A stretch of DNA of 64,000 nucleotides from Octopus bimaculoides (Eukaryota), in NCBI RefSeq assembly GCF_001194135.2, contig NC_068981.1, positions 104,599,087-104,663,086 of the forward strand. Reading direction: 5' to 3'. The notes beneath the pieces were generated by a model, which was given only the letters and a program-made list of their open reading frames with translations, had not been told where the DNA came from and made no database searches. This document shows, piece by piece, positions 37,850-49,680 of this stretch. The position numbers and the translations under genes were made by a program. The first letter of the stretch is position 1. Every line of letters starts with the position of its first letter.

Positions 37850-39500
37850 GCCATTTCATTCAGGGTCTGTTTTCCTGTTCTTACATGGATTAGACAGGTT
37901 TTTCTCTTTATCTTTTGCCTTACATTTTGTCTCCTAGGTATCTTCCCTATATTCCTCATACAACCAAAACCCAACCCCTAAACCCCTCAGTGATTCACTT
38001 GCAGCTGTACTACAACTGCACAAGCAAAGAACACTTTCTACAGCATCTAGAAGAAGTCACCCACCAGTGCAATATCGGCAAGATGGCCATCAGAAAAGCA
38101 AAGGATAATTCATGCATTGTACAGTCTGCAAACTCTCATGCCTTCTAAATTACAGCTGGGTCTTTTGGTCTCTTGTGGAGACGGTCTCTACAAACTTTGC
38201 AGAATCCTCTTACCTGCCATTCCTCAAACCATGATGGCTCTGTAAGTAGCATTTGTGCTGATAAAAGACCATATATGCTGCTTGTTTTGCTTCTAACTCC
38301 ACAAGGCACACATGCAACAAATTCTTCACAAAATTTCTTCTTCATTCTACCTGTTTCACCATCATAAAAACAGTTATTTTAATAGACCAAAACAACCAGT
38401 GGAATTGTATCCATTCCTTAAAACAGTGTACTTTGACCTACCCCTTGTCCTCATAAAACCTTTGTCTCATTTTCCCTCTTTCTCTCTCTTTACAAGAAAT
38501 TATCTCAATTTGTTGAAACATGACTGTCTCATTCTCAAGATGGGCAATCCTTCTGATCCTTCCTGACTTCTGTCAACCCATCACTTTCACTGTGATAATC
38601 TCGGAGTTGATAGAATAGCAATGTCCTTATATTTGTGTCAGCCTGTTCTTTGATTATATGTCTAACATGAGAATCTTTTATCAGAATTGCTCACCTATGG
38701 CCATACCATCTGTTTTTCATCTCTTTCATCAGAATTTCCTGTTAGGTCACTCCATTTCAGTACATGCTGACAGAAGTTTTCTTCCATTAAGAAACCTTAG
38801 AATTCTCTTCAAATGGTGCATGACAACCTATTTTTTTTTTTCATCAATACCAAGATACAATCACTACACTTAACAAAAAATGACTTGCAGTACCATATAT
38901 AAGCATGAACAACCCACAGCTGATACAAATGCTTAAGCTTCACTAATTCCAATAATCTCTCTTGATGATGTTACATTTCTTGTATCTCTAAAACTTCATC
39001 CCAAAGACTAGGCTTCCATTTTGGAGCCAAAAAATATTTGTACTCTCTCATCATTTGTCAACTGTCAATAAAGTTGATGTGTAACATGTAGTAGAGTACT
39101 GCTCACATACTTAGGATTGTGTTATATGTATAATCATTCTGGACTGCATCCAAAACAAGCCCCTTCAACTGATTGACAAAGACTTATTCATCAACACTCT
39201 ACAAAAAGAAAACTCTAGCTCACATGTACACTGCTTTTATATGCCTTTTCTCTTGCAACTGCAACAGCATCCACTCCTGAATAAGCAAATTTCATAACCC
39301 CTACATAGCCCACCCAGTAACCTATTACTCTTCTTCCCCTCATTTTGTTTCTTTATGTCACTGGCTACTCCCTACTCCAAACATTTTGACCAATCCATCC
39401 TCCTAGAGAATATACTTTGTCCACATTTATCCTGTAGATGTTCACCTGCAGAAATTTTTAGCTGAATATAAAAAAACCTCACTAGTCTGGGAGATCTTTA
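37850..39500 (-). mobile_element. Heavily decayed RTE-type LINE
   Basis: Minus-strand remnants QLQEK (near 39260), NRWYGH (near 38700) and Cys-rich GFCKVCRDRLHKR, in expected order. Confidence 0.55.
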
Positions 39501-39995
39501 AAAGGCAATAGACATCATTCTTCTTCCTTTTTTAATTTGGTAGTGCAAATGTCTTTTTAACGTGATCTGTTTATGACTAAATGCCATAACACATGACTAT
39601 CATCAGCATTGTTGTTGTTGTGAACATTATCATTAGTATCAGTTTTATATCCCTTTTTCTTCTTGATATGGGTTGGATAGGTTTGCAACAGCAGTTTCTA
39701 TATTTGTCACTGTCCTGCATCATTTCTTCTAAAAGTCCCAGTGCTCTCAGATCAGCTTTGCTTCTTTCTGGCTGTTATGTCAACAAATTTAATAACCATG
39801 TGAAATAGTCTTTGGTTTTAGATGCTTAACTGGTTCTTAATGGAACATTAAATTGCTTCTTGCTAAGTTTTTTCTGTTCGCTTGCAACTTTTCCTTTATT
39901 TTTATTGTTTTTGTTGTTTTTTTAGCTAATTGCTTAATGCTTATTTTGCATCATGAAAGGTTCTGTATATTCTTTTAACATTTTTCCCCCAAAAG

Positions 39996-40004
39996 CTACT
40001 TCAG
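39996..40004 (+). CDS. Candidate 9-nt microexon (unproven)
   Basis: ttttaacatttttcccccaaaag|CTACTTCAG|gtatgt; frame-neutral (LLQ in phase 0). Confidence 0.3.
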
Positions 40005-40559
40005 GTATGTGTATGCTTAAACAAGAAAAACAAATGATAGAACAATACTGATTAATTATGTTTAATGTTGAAGGAGTTACTTTCAAGGGGTTGGGGTGGG
40101 GTGGAAGACAAACAATATTGACTTTGTAAAAATTTAATTAAGAAAAGACTTTAAAAAAAGAAAAACCCACTCTAATCAGGGAATGTTACCTCTAGCAAAC
40201 TGATGCCTTTTATAACATTGTATAACTGGATAAGTATCCTTAATCTTAAGTAAGTTGGCTTTAGAATAGACACATGGGATTATAGAAATTCAAATATAAT
40301 TAGAAACAAAGAAAATGAAATGTTACTTTGAAAGTCAGTTTGGTTACTCAGATGTTTTCCATACCAGTGGCCTGTCTCAGTTGGATTGTGTATTCAATAA
40401 CAGCAGAGGAAAGATATAGATGCTGTTTTGAGTGGAACCTTCATTTCTTTAAACATAGCCTTGCCTGTCCCTCTAAATTCATCAGTTTTCTGGTCATCAT
40501 ATAATTTATAATAATTTGAGGTGACATTAGAAATTTCAGCAGCAAGCTGGCAAAATTGT

Positions 40560-40780
40560 TTGTGCACTGGACAAAATGCATAACAGCATTTCTTGCAGTT
40601 CATTACAGTCAAAGTTCAAATCTCGCTGAGGTCAACTTTCATCCTTTCATTGTTAATGAACTAAAAGTACCAGCCAAGTACTGAATTCAATAAAATAAGT
40701 ACCAGTCACTTACTGGGGTCAATGTAATTGACTAACCCTCTTCCCCTGAGATTGCTGGCCTTGTACCAAAATTTGATGTG
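40560..40780 (+). mobile_element. SINE family B, partial or rearranged
   Basis: gttcaaatctcgctgaggtcaactttcatcc...actggggtcaatgtaattgact...ggccttgtaccaaaattt. Confidence 0.7.
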
Positions 40781-42660
40781 ACATTTAAAATTTCTAACAC
40801 CTCTTTTGATATTTTAGCTATTCAAGGCAATATAGTTTGGTGGAAAACAATGATAGAACACTGTGTCCATTCTTTGGAAAGTACATAAGATATCTTTTAA
40901 ATATTCATGAGCTACTAATCTGCCAGTGTGTTACTTCCACTTTAACAAAAAAAAAAACCCCAAAAAACGTTGTGAGCAGGAAGCTAAGTTGTGTGTGTGG
41001 TGAGGCATATAGCTATACTCTTGAATTTCCTCTATTATTTGTTCTTTATTTTGTTGACTGGACAGATGAAAGGCAACATGGAGCCTTGCTGAATCATTGT
41101 AGAGCAACAAAGCTAAATACTGTAAGGCTTTATTTTTGTGTCATACCATTTCTGAAAATTCTTTCCTTTACTCTTTTTTTCTTTTTCTTTTTTTTTTTAC
41201 GTGACTTAGTATGGAGGAAGAGAGGTTAAACTGCCATGTTCTTTGCAGGATCTCCAAGATTAACAAAACTGATGCATTTTATATTTAGTTTTAACACTTG
41301 TAAGTTGGCATCTGAGAGAAAACATGAGCGAGAAGAGAATTTCAGAGGGATGATGTTCTGTGGAGAGGAAGGTTTAGGACTAAGTGATTGGCACAAGGCT
41401 TTAGCAGTAAAATAAAGTAGGGGGTAATGAAAAGAGGAGGAAAGATGGGTGTTTTGGGTTGAGATTGTAATCAACCAGAGAAAGGAACTAAGTGGTATTA
41501 TGATTCTGCTTTCATTAGTCTATAAGCTATACAGTAGCCATACAGTAAATGAGTGTCATTTGATAGCAAGACAATTGGAGCATGCTAAAAATTTCCTTGA
41601 TGATTGTGATAAAACCTTCTCTTTCACTTTGTATGTATACTAAACTTCTTTCAATTCTAATCTTTCATTTCTGTTTTTCTTGTAACATTAATACCAATAT
41701 GCTACATTTACTGCCAAGTTTTTGAATTCTTTCTAGTATTTTAACTGTTTATATTTAATTTACTTGTTTCAATAAAAAAAGCTAAAAAATTTATTATACA
41801 TTCAATATAATAATTTGATGATAATTTACTAAAGAAGTTGTAAAGTTTAAGTATTTTCCCCAGCTGTTGTATGTAAATTTATATATAAGAAGCACAAAAT
41901 AGTCTGAATATTTTTTGTTGCAATTTTTCTAAGTTCAATATTTATTTTGTACATAGTTCTCAGATTTATTGGATGAAGAAGTGTCTTATGTTTATACATT
42001 TCTCAAGTGAGTTTGTAATGCCAAATAACTGAAACACCCTACACACACAGAGCCTACTGGAGTCTTGAAATTAGGAATGTAAATTCATAAACGAGCACAA
42101 ATATAATAACTGTTGCTGTTTAATGCCAGGTCTACCCTGATTGAAAAGACCTTATGATCAGACTTTCTCATCATTATAGCAGTATCAAGGGTCACATTGT
42201 CTAAATGTGAAATGTGTCCTTCCTTTTTTCTTTTTTAAATGGTAGTGCAACAAATCCTAACTTTATGCACCTGCAAAGTTAGTACTGTGGCCCATGGGCA
42301 CAATTCTATAGTTGTTGGATCTTTCTAAAGTCCTTTGGAAAATTCATTTATATAAAAAGAGTACTCGGCGCTGAAAAGATTGGGAACCATGCAGTAGGGT
42401 ATAATTTGAGAGAGATTTATCTGCTACAAAGTCAAGCAGTCAGTTCTAACAAAATAGTTTATGGATGTATGTGGTTAAGTTTTGTTTGTAGTACCTATTC
42501 TGTTAGGATTCAATCTTGACCTGGACATTAATTTTAGTAGTCCTTAACATTCTCAAGTATGAGCTTAAGCAAAGCACATGGATTTAGTTAAATATATGTT
42601 TTACTGTGGGAAGTTAATTGTTACGAAGTATGTGTGCCTGGGCATGCAAGCACACAAGTG

Positions 42661-42697
<37 letters not shown>

Positions 42698-44710
42698 CTC
42701 ATGGTTTTTTTTTCTTGCTCAAATAGTGGTGTAGATTATTGTCAGAGCTGTTACCTTTATAGCTAAATATCTTTCCCCATTCTCAACCATGAAGCCAGAG
42801 TGGGACTTATATTTTGTCATCCAAACAAACAGAAATAAGCAGGGCTATGTGCTTTGCATCGGGATACAACACTAATGGCATTTAGACCTGTTGATTTGAT
42901 GCAGTTTATTAATTTGTAAACATGGTCATTATCAGGAAAATAAAATCTATGTTCTGCAAGTGTATATATACCCTTATATTTGTTGTTGTAGTTTAGCTCC
43001 AAGTCATCCCTGATTAAACAAATCTGTAGTCAGACATTCCAGTGATGGCTGTACTACCTCTTTTTCCAAACTTGTCCTTCATTTTTTAAGATGGCACATT
43101 GTTTATATGAATAAATTTGGTTACTATTTCTAATAGGTTGAGTGACCATTTAGGAATACCTAAGTTGGCAGCCATTTAAGTCTAATCATAATTTGTGACT
43201 AGCTCAAAGTGCAGTGAATCTTATAGAAATTAAAACCTAGTTTTTATTTGCATTTAAGCATATTTCATTTATTTCATAAATATTCCTGCATCATAATATC
43301 ACAACTTCACATTTTCTCTCTTCTATAATTTTTAGATTCCATAAACAATTTAGAATATTCTGTACTAGTACTTCCTTAGTGCCAGGCCATCCCTGATTGA
43401 GCAGGCCTATAATCAAAGGTATTCCAGTTGTCTCATCTTATATTGTTTCCAGGATTAATGTATCTTGGATTACATTATCCTGTGTGCCTTTGTATTTTTA
43501 AGACAGTAGTGTGTGATTTGAGGGAGATTTGGCTGCTACATCTAGCAAATCAAGCAAACCACATAAAGGCACCTGCATTGGTTCGAAATTCCAATGAAAG
43601 AATTTTTACAAAAAAAAAAAAAAAANNNNNNNNNNTTTAAAAAAAAAAAAAAAAAAGAAACAATTAAGATAGTAAATTAACTTTTTTCATTTAGTAATTT
43701 TTAACTCCAAATTCTTTCATTGGAATCTATCCAAGATGATTTTTTTTTTTCATGATGTCTTCAGATAAGCAAAATATGCTGGAGTTATTATGGAATCTAG
43801 TGGTCTATCTAAATAGTGGTTGCATATATTTTGAGGACTGAGTCAATTGACATAATATTATACTTATGAGCATTTGCCAATGCCATCTAGCAGATTCATC
43901 AGGGCAGCCAGACCCAAGTAGCTAAGAATTGATTCATAATATGGAATTACTTGTATGCCTGAAAGATCCTATCATCTCCTGGCTCTCTGCCATGAGTGAG
44001 CTGTGCATTGCATCTAAGAGCAAAGAACTGTATTACTTAATACATCATTATTTGAATGTTAGGAAAACAATTTAAGTTGAATGAGTAATTATAAATGTTA
44101 CTTATAATGAAGGGGAAAGAAAAAAAAAACAAGATAGCAATAAAATAGAAGGGAAAAAATTATTTCTACTCAAAATTAGTGTTAAATCTAAAAGAAAAAA
44201 AATTAACATTTTAATGAAAATTGTTTTTAATAAGAAAATAATTATCAATAATAAAACTAAAATTCTATCATACTGTCATAGAATTTTAGTAAATTCCTGG
44301 CATTTCAACACTTAGTTGAGAATAAACTCATTAATTTTGGGCCATTATCAATAGTCAGAATAGTGATGGGATGTACCCGGTTAATTTGCACGTAGCACAC
44401 TTCATAATGGGATGGTCATAACTAAATTAATCACTGAAATTTAGATGACATTCTTACATTTTATTTATATATTTATCTATCTTTTGTATAGTCAGCTATC
44501 ACTTCAAATTTCGATCATGCCCAACTAGTCTAGTAAATAAGGCCAGTCAAAGATAGAATAATGATCCTATAATACCACACCACAACACAACTGTCATAGA
44601 ATTTTAGTAATCTCCTGGCATTTCAACTCTTAGTTGAGTGTTAACTCCTTTATTTAGGGCCATCAAATTTTTATTGATTCAATTTTTAGGTTGGAATCTT
44701 GGGGTGAACT

Positions 44711-44845
44711 AATTAGACCTGCAAGCTAACTCTTGTGGGGGATTTAATTTGGCTTGCAAACTAATTCTTTTGGAAAATTTGATTAGGTTTACAAATTAAC
44801 TCTTAGGAGGATTTGATTGAACTTTCAAATTGATTTGGATTTTTA
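44711..44845. repeat. Degenerate 34-35 bp tandem repeat, about 4 units
   Basis: aattagacctgcaagctaactcttgtgggggattt / aatttggcttgcaaactaattcttttggaaaattt / gattaggtttacaaattaactcttaggaggattt. Confidence 0.8.
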
Positions 44846-44880
44846 TTTATTTATTATATTGTTTGTTTTGCTTATCACAG

Positions 44881-44895
44881 TGGTCTGCCAGGCAG
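44881..44895 (+). CDS. Candidate 15-nt microexon (unproven)
   Basis: gtttgttttgcttatcacag|TGGTCTGCCAGGCAG|gtaatt; frame-neutral (WSARQ in phase 0). Confidence 0.35.
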
Positions 44896-44943
44896 GTAAT
44901 TTATGTTTAGTTTCTGTAGCTTTAAGTGTGAGAGATAAACAAA

Positions 44944-45113
44944 TATAGGGTGGTCCAAAAGTTGCAAAGAGGTCTGGAATTGTAATAATTTTCACTTAAT
45001 TACATTTTTTTATTTGTAATTTACAAGATGTGATTTTTCACACCTAATGTGTATATATTAAGCAGGACATAAAAGAATTATCAACACTTTCATGACTTTT
45101 GAGCCACCCTGTA
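44944..45113. mobile_element. Tc1/mariner-type MITE, about 170 bp
   Basis: TA-tagggtggtccaaaagt ... acttttgagccaccctg-TA terminal inverted repeats. Confidence 0.8.
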
Positions 45114-45744
45114 CTTAGGTTTGTCACAGGTAGTTTTTTTTTTTTTTGTTATACCCCAGAAATTTTATATTTCTCAGTTGAGCCAATAAGATTTTATCAA
45201 TGTAGTCATTCGATCATCTAGAAATAGCAACAAAATCCCTATTGCATTGGCCCTCTCTACCTTTGTTTTTAAAAAGAAATGGAAAGGCTCATTAAACAAT
45301 GTAGTTCCTGATATTCAAAAAATGACAGGATGGTCATGTCTAGAACACCTTTGATAATAAATCTGTTGCTTCATATGAAGGCAAACACTGTATTATTATT
45401 GAGGGAAGGTGGAGAGATAGGTTGTTTGGTGAGCAAGGATGGAAACTGTATGCATCTTATCACATCAGATCAGTCTGTACTCTTAAGAAGTTTGAATTAG
45501 AGTAAAATAGATGCTAAGGAAACCCTGACAAATGGCAAGAAATAGTAGGGTAAATTCTGGATTAATTCAGTCAGTATAGATAGCTACACATGGTGATGAT
45601 GATGATTTTAATGATTTTTAACATATATTCTCATAATTTCTAAGATTTGATATTTTTTGTGTATTATAAGTTGATATTTTCTTTTTTAATTTTATTTTGA
45701 ATCTTTGTGAAAGATGTATGGTTCTTTTTATTCCCCACTGACAG

Positions 45745-45844
45745 CCTGATGATTCTCTTGGTGATTCCATGTTTGATGGGTATAGTGAGGCAAGTGTATC
45801 TAACTCACAAAATGTTGTTTTATCTGCACAGGTTAGCCAAACAG
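45745..45844 (+). CDS. SNX13: SNX13 exon (RGS-PX linker / PX start)
   Basis: tgacag|...|gtgagt; phase 0->1; PDDSLGDSMFDGYSEASVSNSQNVVLSAQVSQT (human VQLHAYISDT). Confidence 0.85.
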
Positions 45845-46243
45845 GTGAGTTTACTACATTTCAATTGACAAAAGGCTTTTTAGCTGTGTGTGTGTGTATT
45901 GCGCAAAATTACAGAAGTACTCGGTACACTTTTGTGCTATTGTGTAGTCTGATATAAGTTTATATGCAAAGTACATAAGATTTTATGTATATTTAGAAGC
46001 GTTTGTAAAAATTACTTAATACACTTGATAATTAGAAAAAAAAAAATTTTTTAAGTTATTAACTATATAAAAAGAACTTTTATTTAACAGAATGTCACTA
46101 ACTTTTGTGGAAGAAATTTGTATATAGTGTATAATGTCTGATGTGTATATTGTGTGTAAGCGCTTTCATTATTCAACTTCAAACACACATGTTCTGAACT
46201 AATGCATAAGAAGGAGGCTTTTTTCCCCCCCTTTTTGTAACAG

Positions 46244-46632
46244 TGCTAACTAATTGTAGTTATGTTTCAGATTTAGAAATTTTACTAAGTATTCTTTTAT
46301 TTTTCGTAGTCGATCAGTTTCATCTTGTAATTTGTAAAAGGGGAATATTTTAAATTGTTGACTATTGTAAATGTTGAATATTTCCAGTTTAGTTTTGGAT
46401 TTAGAATTCTTCTAAAGTATTCTTCCTTCACCTTTTATAATTGATTATTTATGTCTTTTATTTTGTAAAAGAGGAATATTTTAAATTTCTAAATAGTCAG
46501 CATTTAAAATAGTCAACAATTTTTTATACTCCCCTTTTACAAAATAAAAGACATAAATGATCAACTGTGGAAAGCAAAAAAAGATTACTTTACAAGAATT
46601 CTAAATCTGAAACTAAACCAGAAATAGTTAAC
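46244..46632. repeat. 128-bp unit: two direct copies then one inverted copy
   Basis: gatttagaa at 46270 and 46398; reverse complement of 46490-46632 aligns to both copies. Confidence 0.85.
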
Positions 46633-46636
46633 ACCA

Positions 46637-46858
46637 TATAGGTGCAGGTGTGGTTGTGCGGTAAGAAGCTTGGGCAGACCAAGGCTTTGAGAGTGAATTT
46701 GGGATATGGAACTCTGTGTGTGTGTGTGTGTGTATAGGTGCAAGAGTGGTTGTGTGGTAAGAACCTTGCTTCCCAACCACATGGTCCCGGATTCAGTCCC
46801 AACCAAAGCCTTGTGAGTGGATTTGGTAGACGGAAACTGAAAGAAGCCCGTTGTGTAT

Positions 46859-46890
<32 letters not shown>

Positions 46891-47990
46891 NNNNNNNNNN
46901 NNNNNNNNNNNNNNNNNNNNNNNNNNNNNNNNNNNNNNNNNNNNNNNNNNNNNNNNNNNNNNNNNNNNNNNNNNNNNNNNNNNNNNNNNNNNNNNNNNNN
47001 NNNNNNNNNNNNNNNNNNNNNNNNNNNNNNNNNNNNNNNNNNNNNNNNNNNNNNNNNNNNNNNNNNNNNNNNNNNNNNNNNNNNNNNNNNNNNNNNNNNN
47101 NNNNNNNNNNNNNNNNNNNNNNNNNNNNNNNNNNNNNNNNNNNNNNNNNNNNNNNNNNNNNNNNNNNNNNNNNNNNNNNNNNNNNNNNNNNNNNNNNNNN
47201 NNNNNNNNNNNNNNNNNNNNNNNNNNNNNNNNNNNNNNNNNNNNNNNNNNNNNNNNNNNNNNNNNNNNNNNNNNNNNNNNNNNNNNNNNNNNNNNNNNNN
47301 NNNNNNNNNNNNNNNNNNNNNNNNNNNNNNNNNNNNNNNNNNNNNNNNNNNNNNNNNNNNNNNNNNNNNNNNNNNNNNNNNNNNNNNNNNNNNNNNNNNN
47401 NNNNNNNNNNNNNNNNNNNNNNNNNNNNNNNNNNNNNNNNNNNNNNNNNNNNNNNNNNNNNNNNNNNNNNNNNNNNNNNNNNNNNNNNNNNNNNNNNNNN
47501 NNNNNNNNNNNNNNNNNNNNNNNNNNNNNNNNNNNNNNNNNNNNNNNNNNNNNNNNNNNNNNNNNNNNNNNNNNNNNNNNNNNNNNNNNNNNNNNNNNNN
47601 NNNNNNNNNNNNNNNNNNNNNNNNNNNNNNNNNNNNNNNNNNNNNNNNNNNNNNNNNNNNNNNNNNNNNNNNNNNNNNNNNNNNNNNNNNATTCAGTCCC
47701 AACCAAAGCCTTGTGAGTGGATTTGGTAGACGGAAACTGAAAGAAGTCCGTCGTATATATGTATATATGTATGTGTGTGTATATGTTTGCATGTCTGTGT
47801 TTGTCCCCCCAACATCGCTTGACAACCGATGCTGGTGTGTTTACGTCCCCGTAACTTAGCGGTTCGGCAAAAGAGACCGATAGAATAAGTACTAGACTTC
47901 CAAAGAATAAGTCCTGGGTCGATTTGTTCGACTAAAGGTGGTGCTCCAGCATGGCCACAGTCAAATGACTGAAACAAGTAAAAGAGTGTG
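46637..47990 (+). mobile_element. Nested, internally deleted family A SINE copies around an 800-N gap
   Basis: attcagtcccaaccaaagccttgtgagtgg occurs before (46792) and after (47691) the gap. Confidence 0.8.
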
Positions 47991-49487
47991 TGTGTGTGTG
48001 TGTGTCTTTGTGTCTGTTTGTCCTCCCACCTCTGCTGAACAACTGGTGTTGGTGTGTTTATATCCTTGTAACATAGAAGTTCATCAAAAGTGACTGATAG
48101 AATAAGTACCAGGCTTAGCAAAAAATTAAGTAGTGGGCTTGATTCATTTGACTAAAAATTGTTCAAGGTAGTGCCCCTGCATGGATACAGTCTAATGACT
48201 CAAACAAGTAAAAGAGAAAAAAAGACCGTTACATATTAATTATCCCAGAACACGTGTTTGAAAAGTTGAAAATCAAAAGTGCTTACACACAAAATACACA
48301 TTTGACATAATATACATACTGTACATGAACTTCTTTTACAAAGGTTAATAACATTCTGTTAAATAATAGAAGTTCTTTTTAAATAGGTAAGAGCTTTAAA
48401 AAATCATTTTCTAATTATTTGCAATATAAAGTTGTGAGGTCCCTTTTAAACTTTTAGCCTTTAAACTGGCCATATCCAGCCAAAATATTCTATGTTTTAT
48501 GTTCAAACTGGCCAGATCTGGCCTCTTGTACCTACTTTACAGTGTCATTCTAAAAACAATGGTATGCATGGACAACTGCTGGTCTTCCATAAACAACCTT
48601 GCTCAGACTTGTGCTTTAAAGGGTAACTTTCTAGGTATAATCCTATCGTCATTCATGACTGAAGGGAGTCTTTACCCTTTTCATTTGATAGAGTAATCTG
48701 AATACTAAAGAGTTAATTCTCTCTAATGTCATGAAAAAATAAATTCCTGACACTCTGTAGAGTGGCTGATGAGAGAAGGAAAATAGTTACCAAACCAAAC
48801 AATGCACGCAAGCACCAGCCTTTAGGATAAGTAGTGCCAAATAAGAAATGACACAGACAACATGTCTAACCTATGCAAGTATGGAAAGCCAACATGGTAA
48901 AATAATGATGATGGTGAAAGGCTGGTGCATGGTTAAGAAGTTTCATTTTGCAATGATGTAGTTTCAGATTCAGTTTCACTGTGTTGCACTTTGGCCAAAT
49001 GTCTCCTGTTATAACCTCTGGCCAACAAATACCTTGCCAGTGAATCTGGTAGTTGGAAATTGTTGTAAGCCCATCATATTTGTGTGTGTGTGTGTGTGTG
49101 TGTGTTTGAATGATGACTGGTTGCCCTGCACTTTTTGTAGACACATGGAATAAAAATGTCCCTTGCTTTCAAAACAAGGGCTGGTGAAAGGAGGAGCATC
49201 CAACTATGCATAAACTGTAATAATTTTACTGGATCTTTTTCATATTCTGCTCTCCTTCGTGGCTGGAGTTATCTTTAGGAAGATCATGACTTTCCTTGAA
49301 TATTTTCCTAAGCCAATATATAAAAGGAAATGTTACTCTTTTTGTCTGCTGTCTACAATTAAAAATGTAAAAAGGCTACTATTGGAGTTTATTCTGTCTA
49401 CATTTTGTTGTTCCATGTTTGTTTATCATATTTGTTATTGCTTTTTTTCTGTTAGTGTGTCTCATTTGATGCCTCTGTTTTAACTAG

Positions 49488-49633
49488 GTATTGTAAAAGA
49501 GTCTGAGAAAAGTGGCAAATCTTATGCTGTTTACGCTATAACAGTTAAGAAAATTCAGTCAGATACAGACATGTGGGATGTTTATCGCAGATACAGTGAT
49601 TTCCATGACTTACATATGATCATTACGGAGAAG
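49488..49633 (+). CDS. SNX13: SNX13 exon (PX domain)
   Basis: aactag|...|gttagt; phase 1->0; GIVKESEKSGKSYAVYAITVKKIQSDTDMWDVYRRYSDFHDLHMIITEK; PX motif RRYSDF. Confidence 0.96.
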
Positions 49634-49680
49634 GTTAGTCTTGTTTTAATTTTTCTTAAAGTACATTGTTTTATCCAAGG

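Noticed and set aside
40837-41643. Cluster of 64-130 aa ORFs
   Set aside because: Low-complexity, no recognisable domains or splice structure; chance intronic ORFs, like most short ORFs in the track.
41964-42006. Exon-like segment with strong CAA|GTGAGT donor
   Set aside because: 43 nt gives phase 1->2; the combinations I tried gave stops or frameshifts.
43336-43361. Phase 1->0 candidate DSINNLEYS
   Set aside because: Donor TCT|GTACTA is far from consensus.
44492-44532. 41-nt phase 1->0 candidate VSYHFKFRSCPTSL
   Set aside because: Weak donor CTA|GTAAAT, sits inside the direct-repeat spacer, and resembles the vertebrate linker only marginally.
46590-47859. Long ORFs of 280-410 aa in the ORF track
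   Set aside because: Almost entirely X from the 800-N gap plus SINE and microsatellite sequence.
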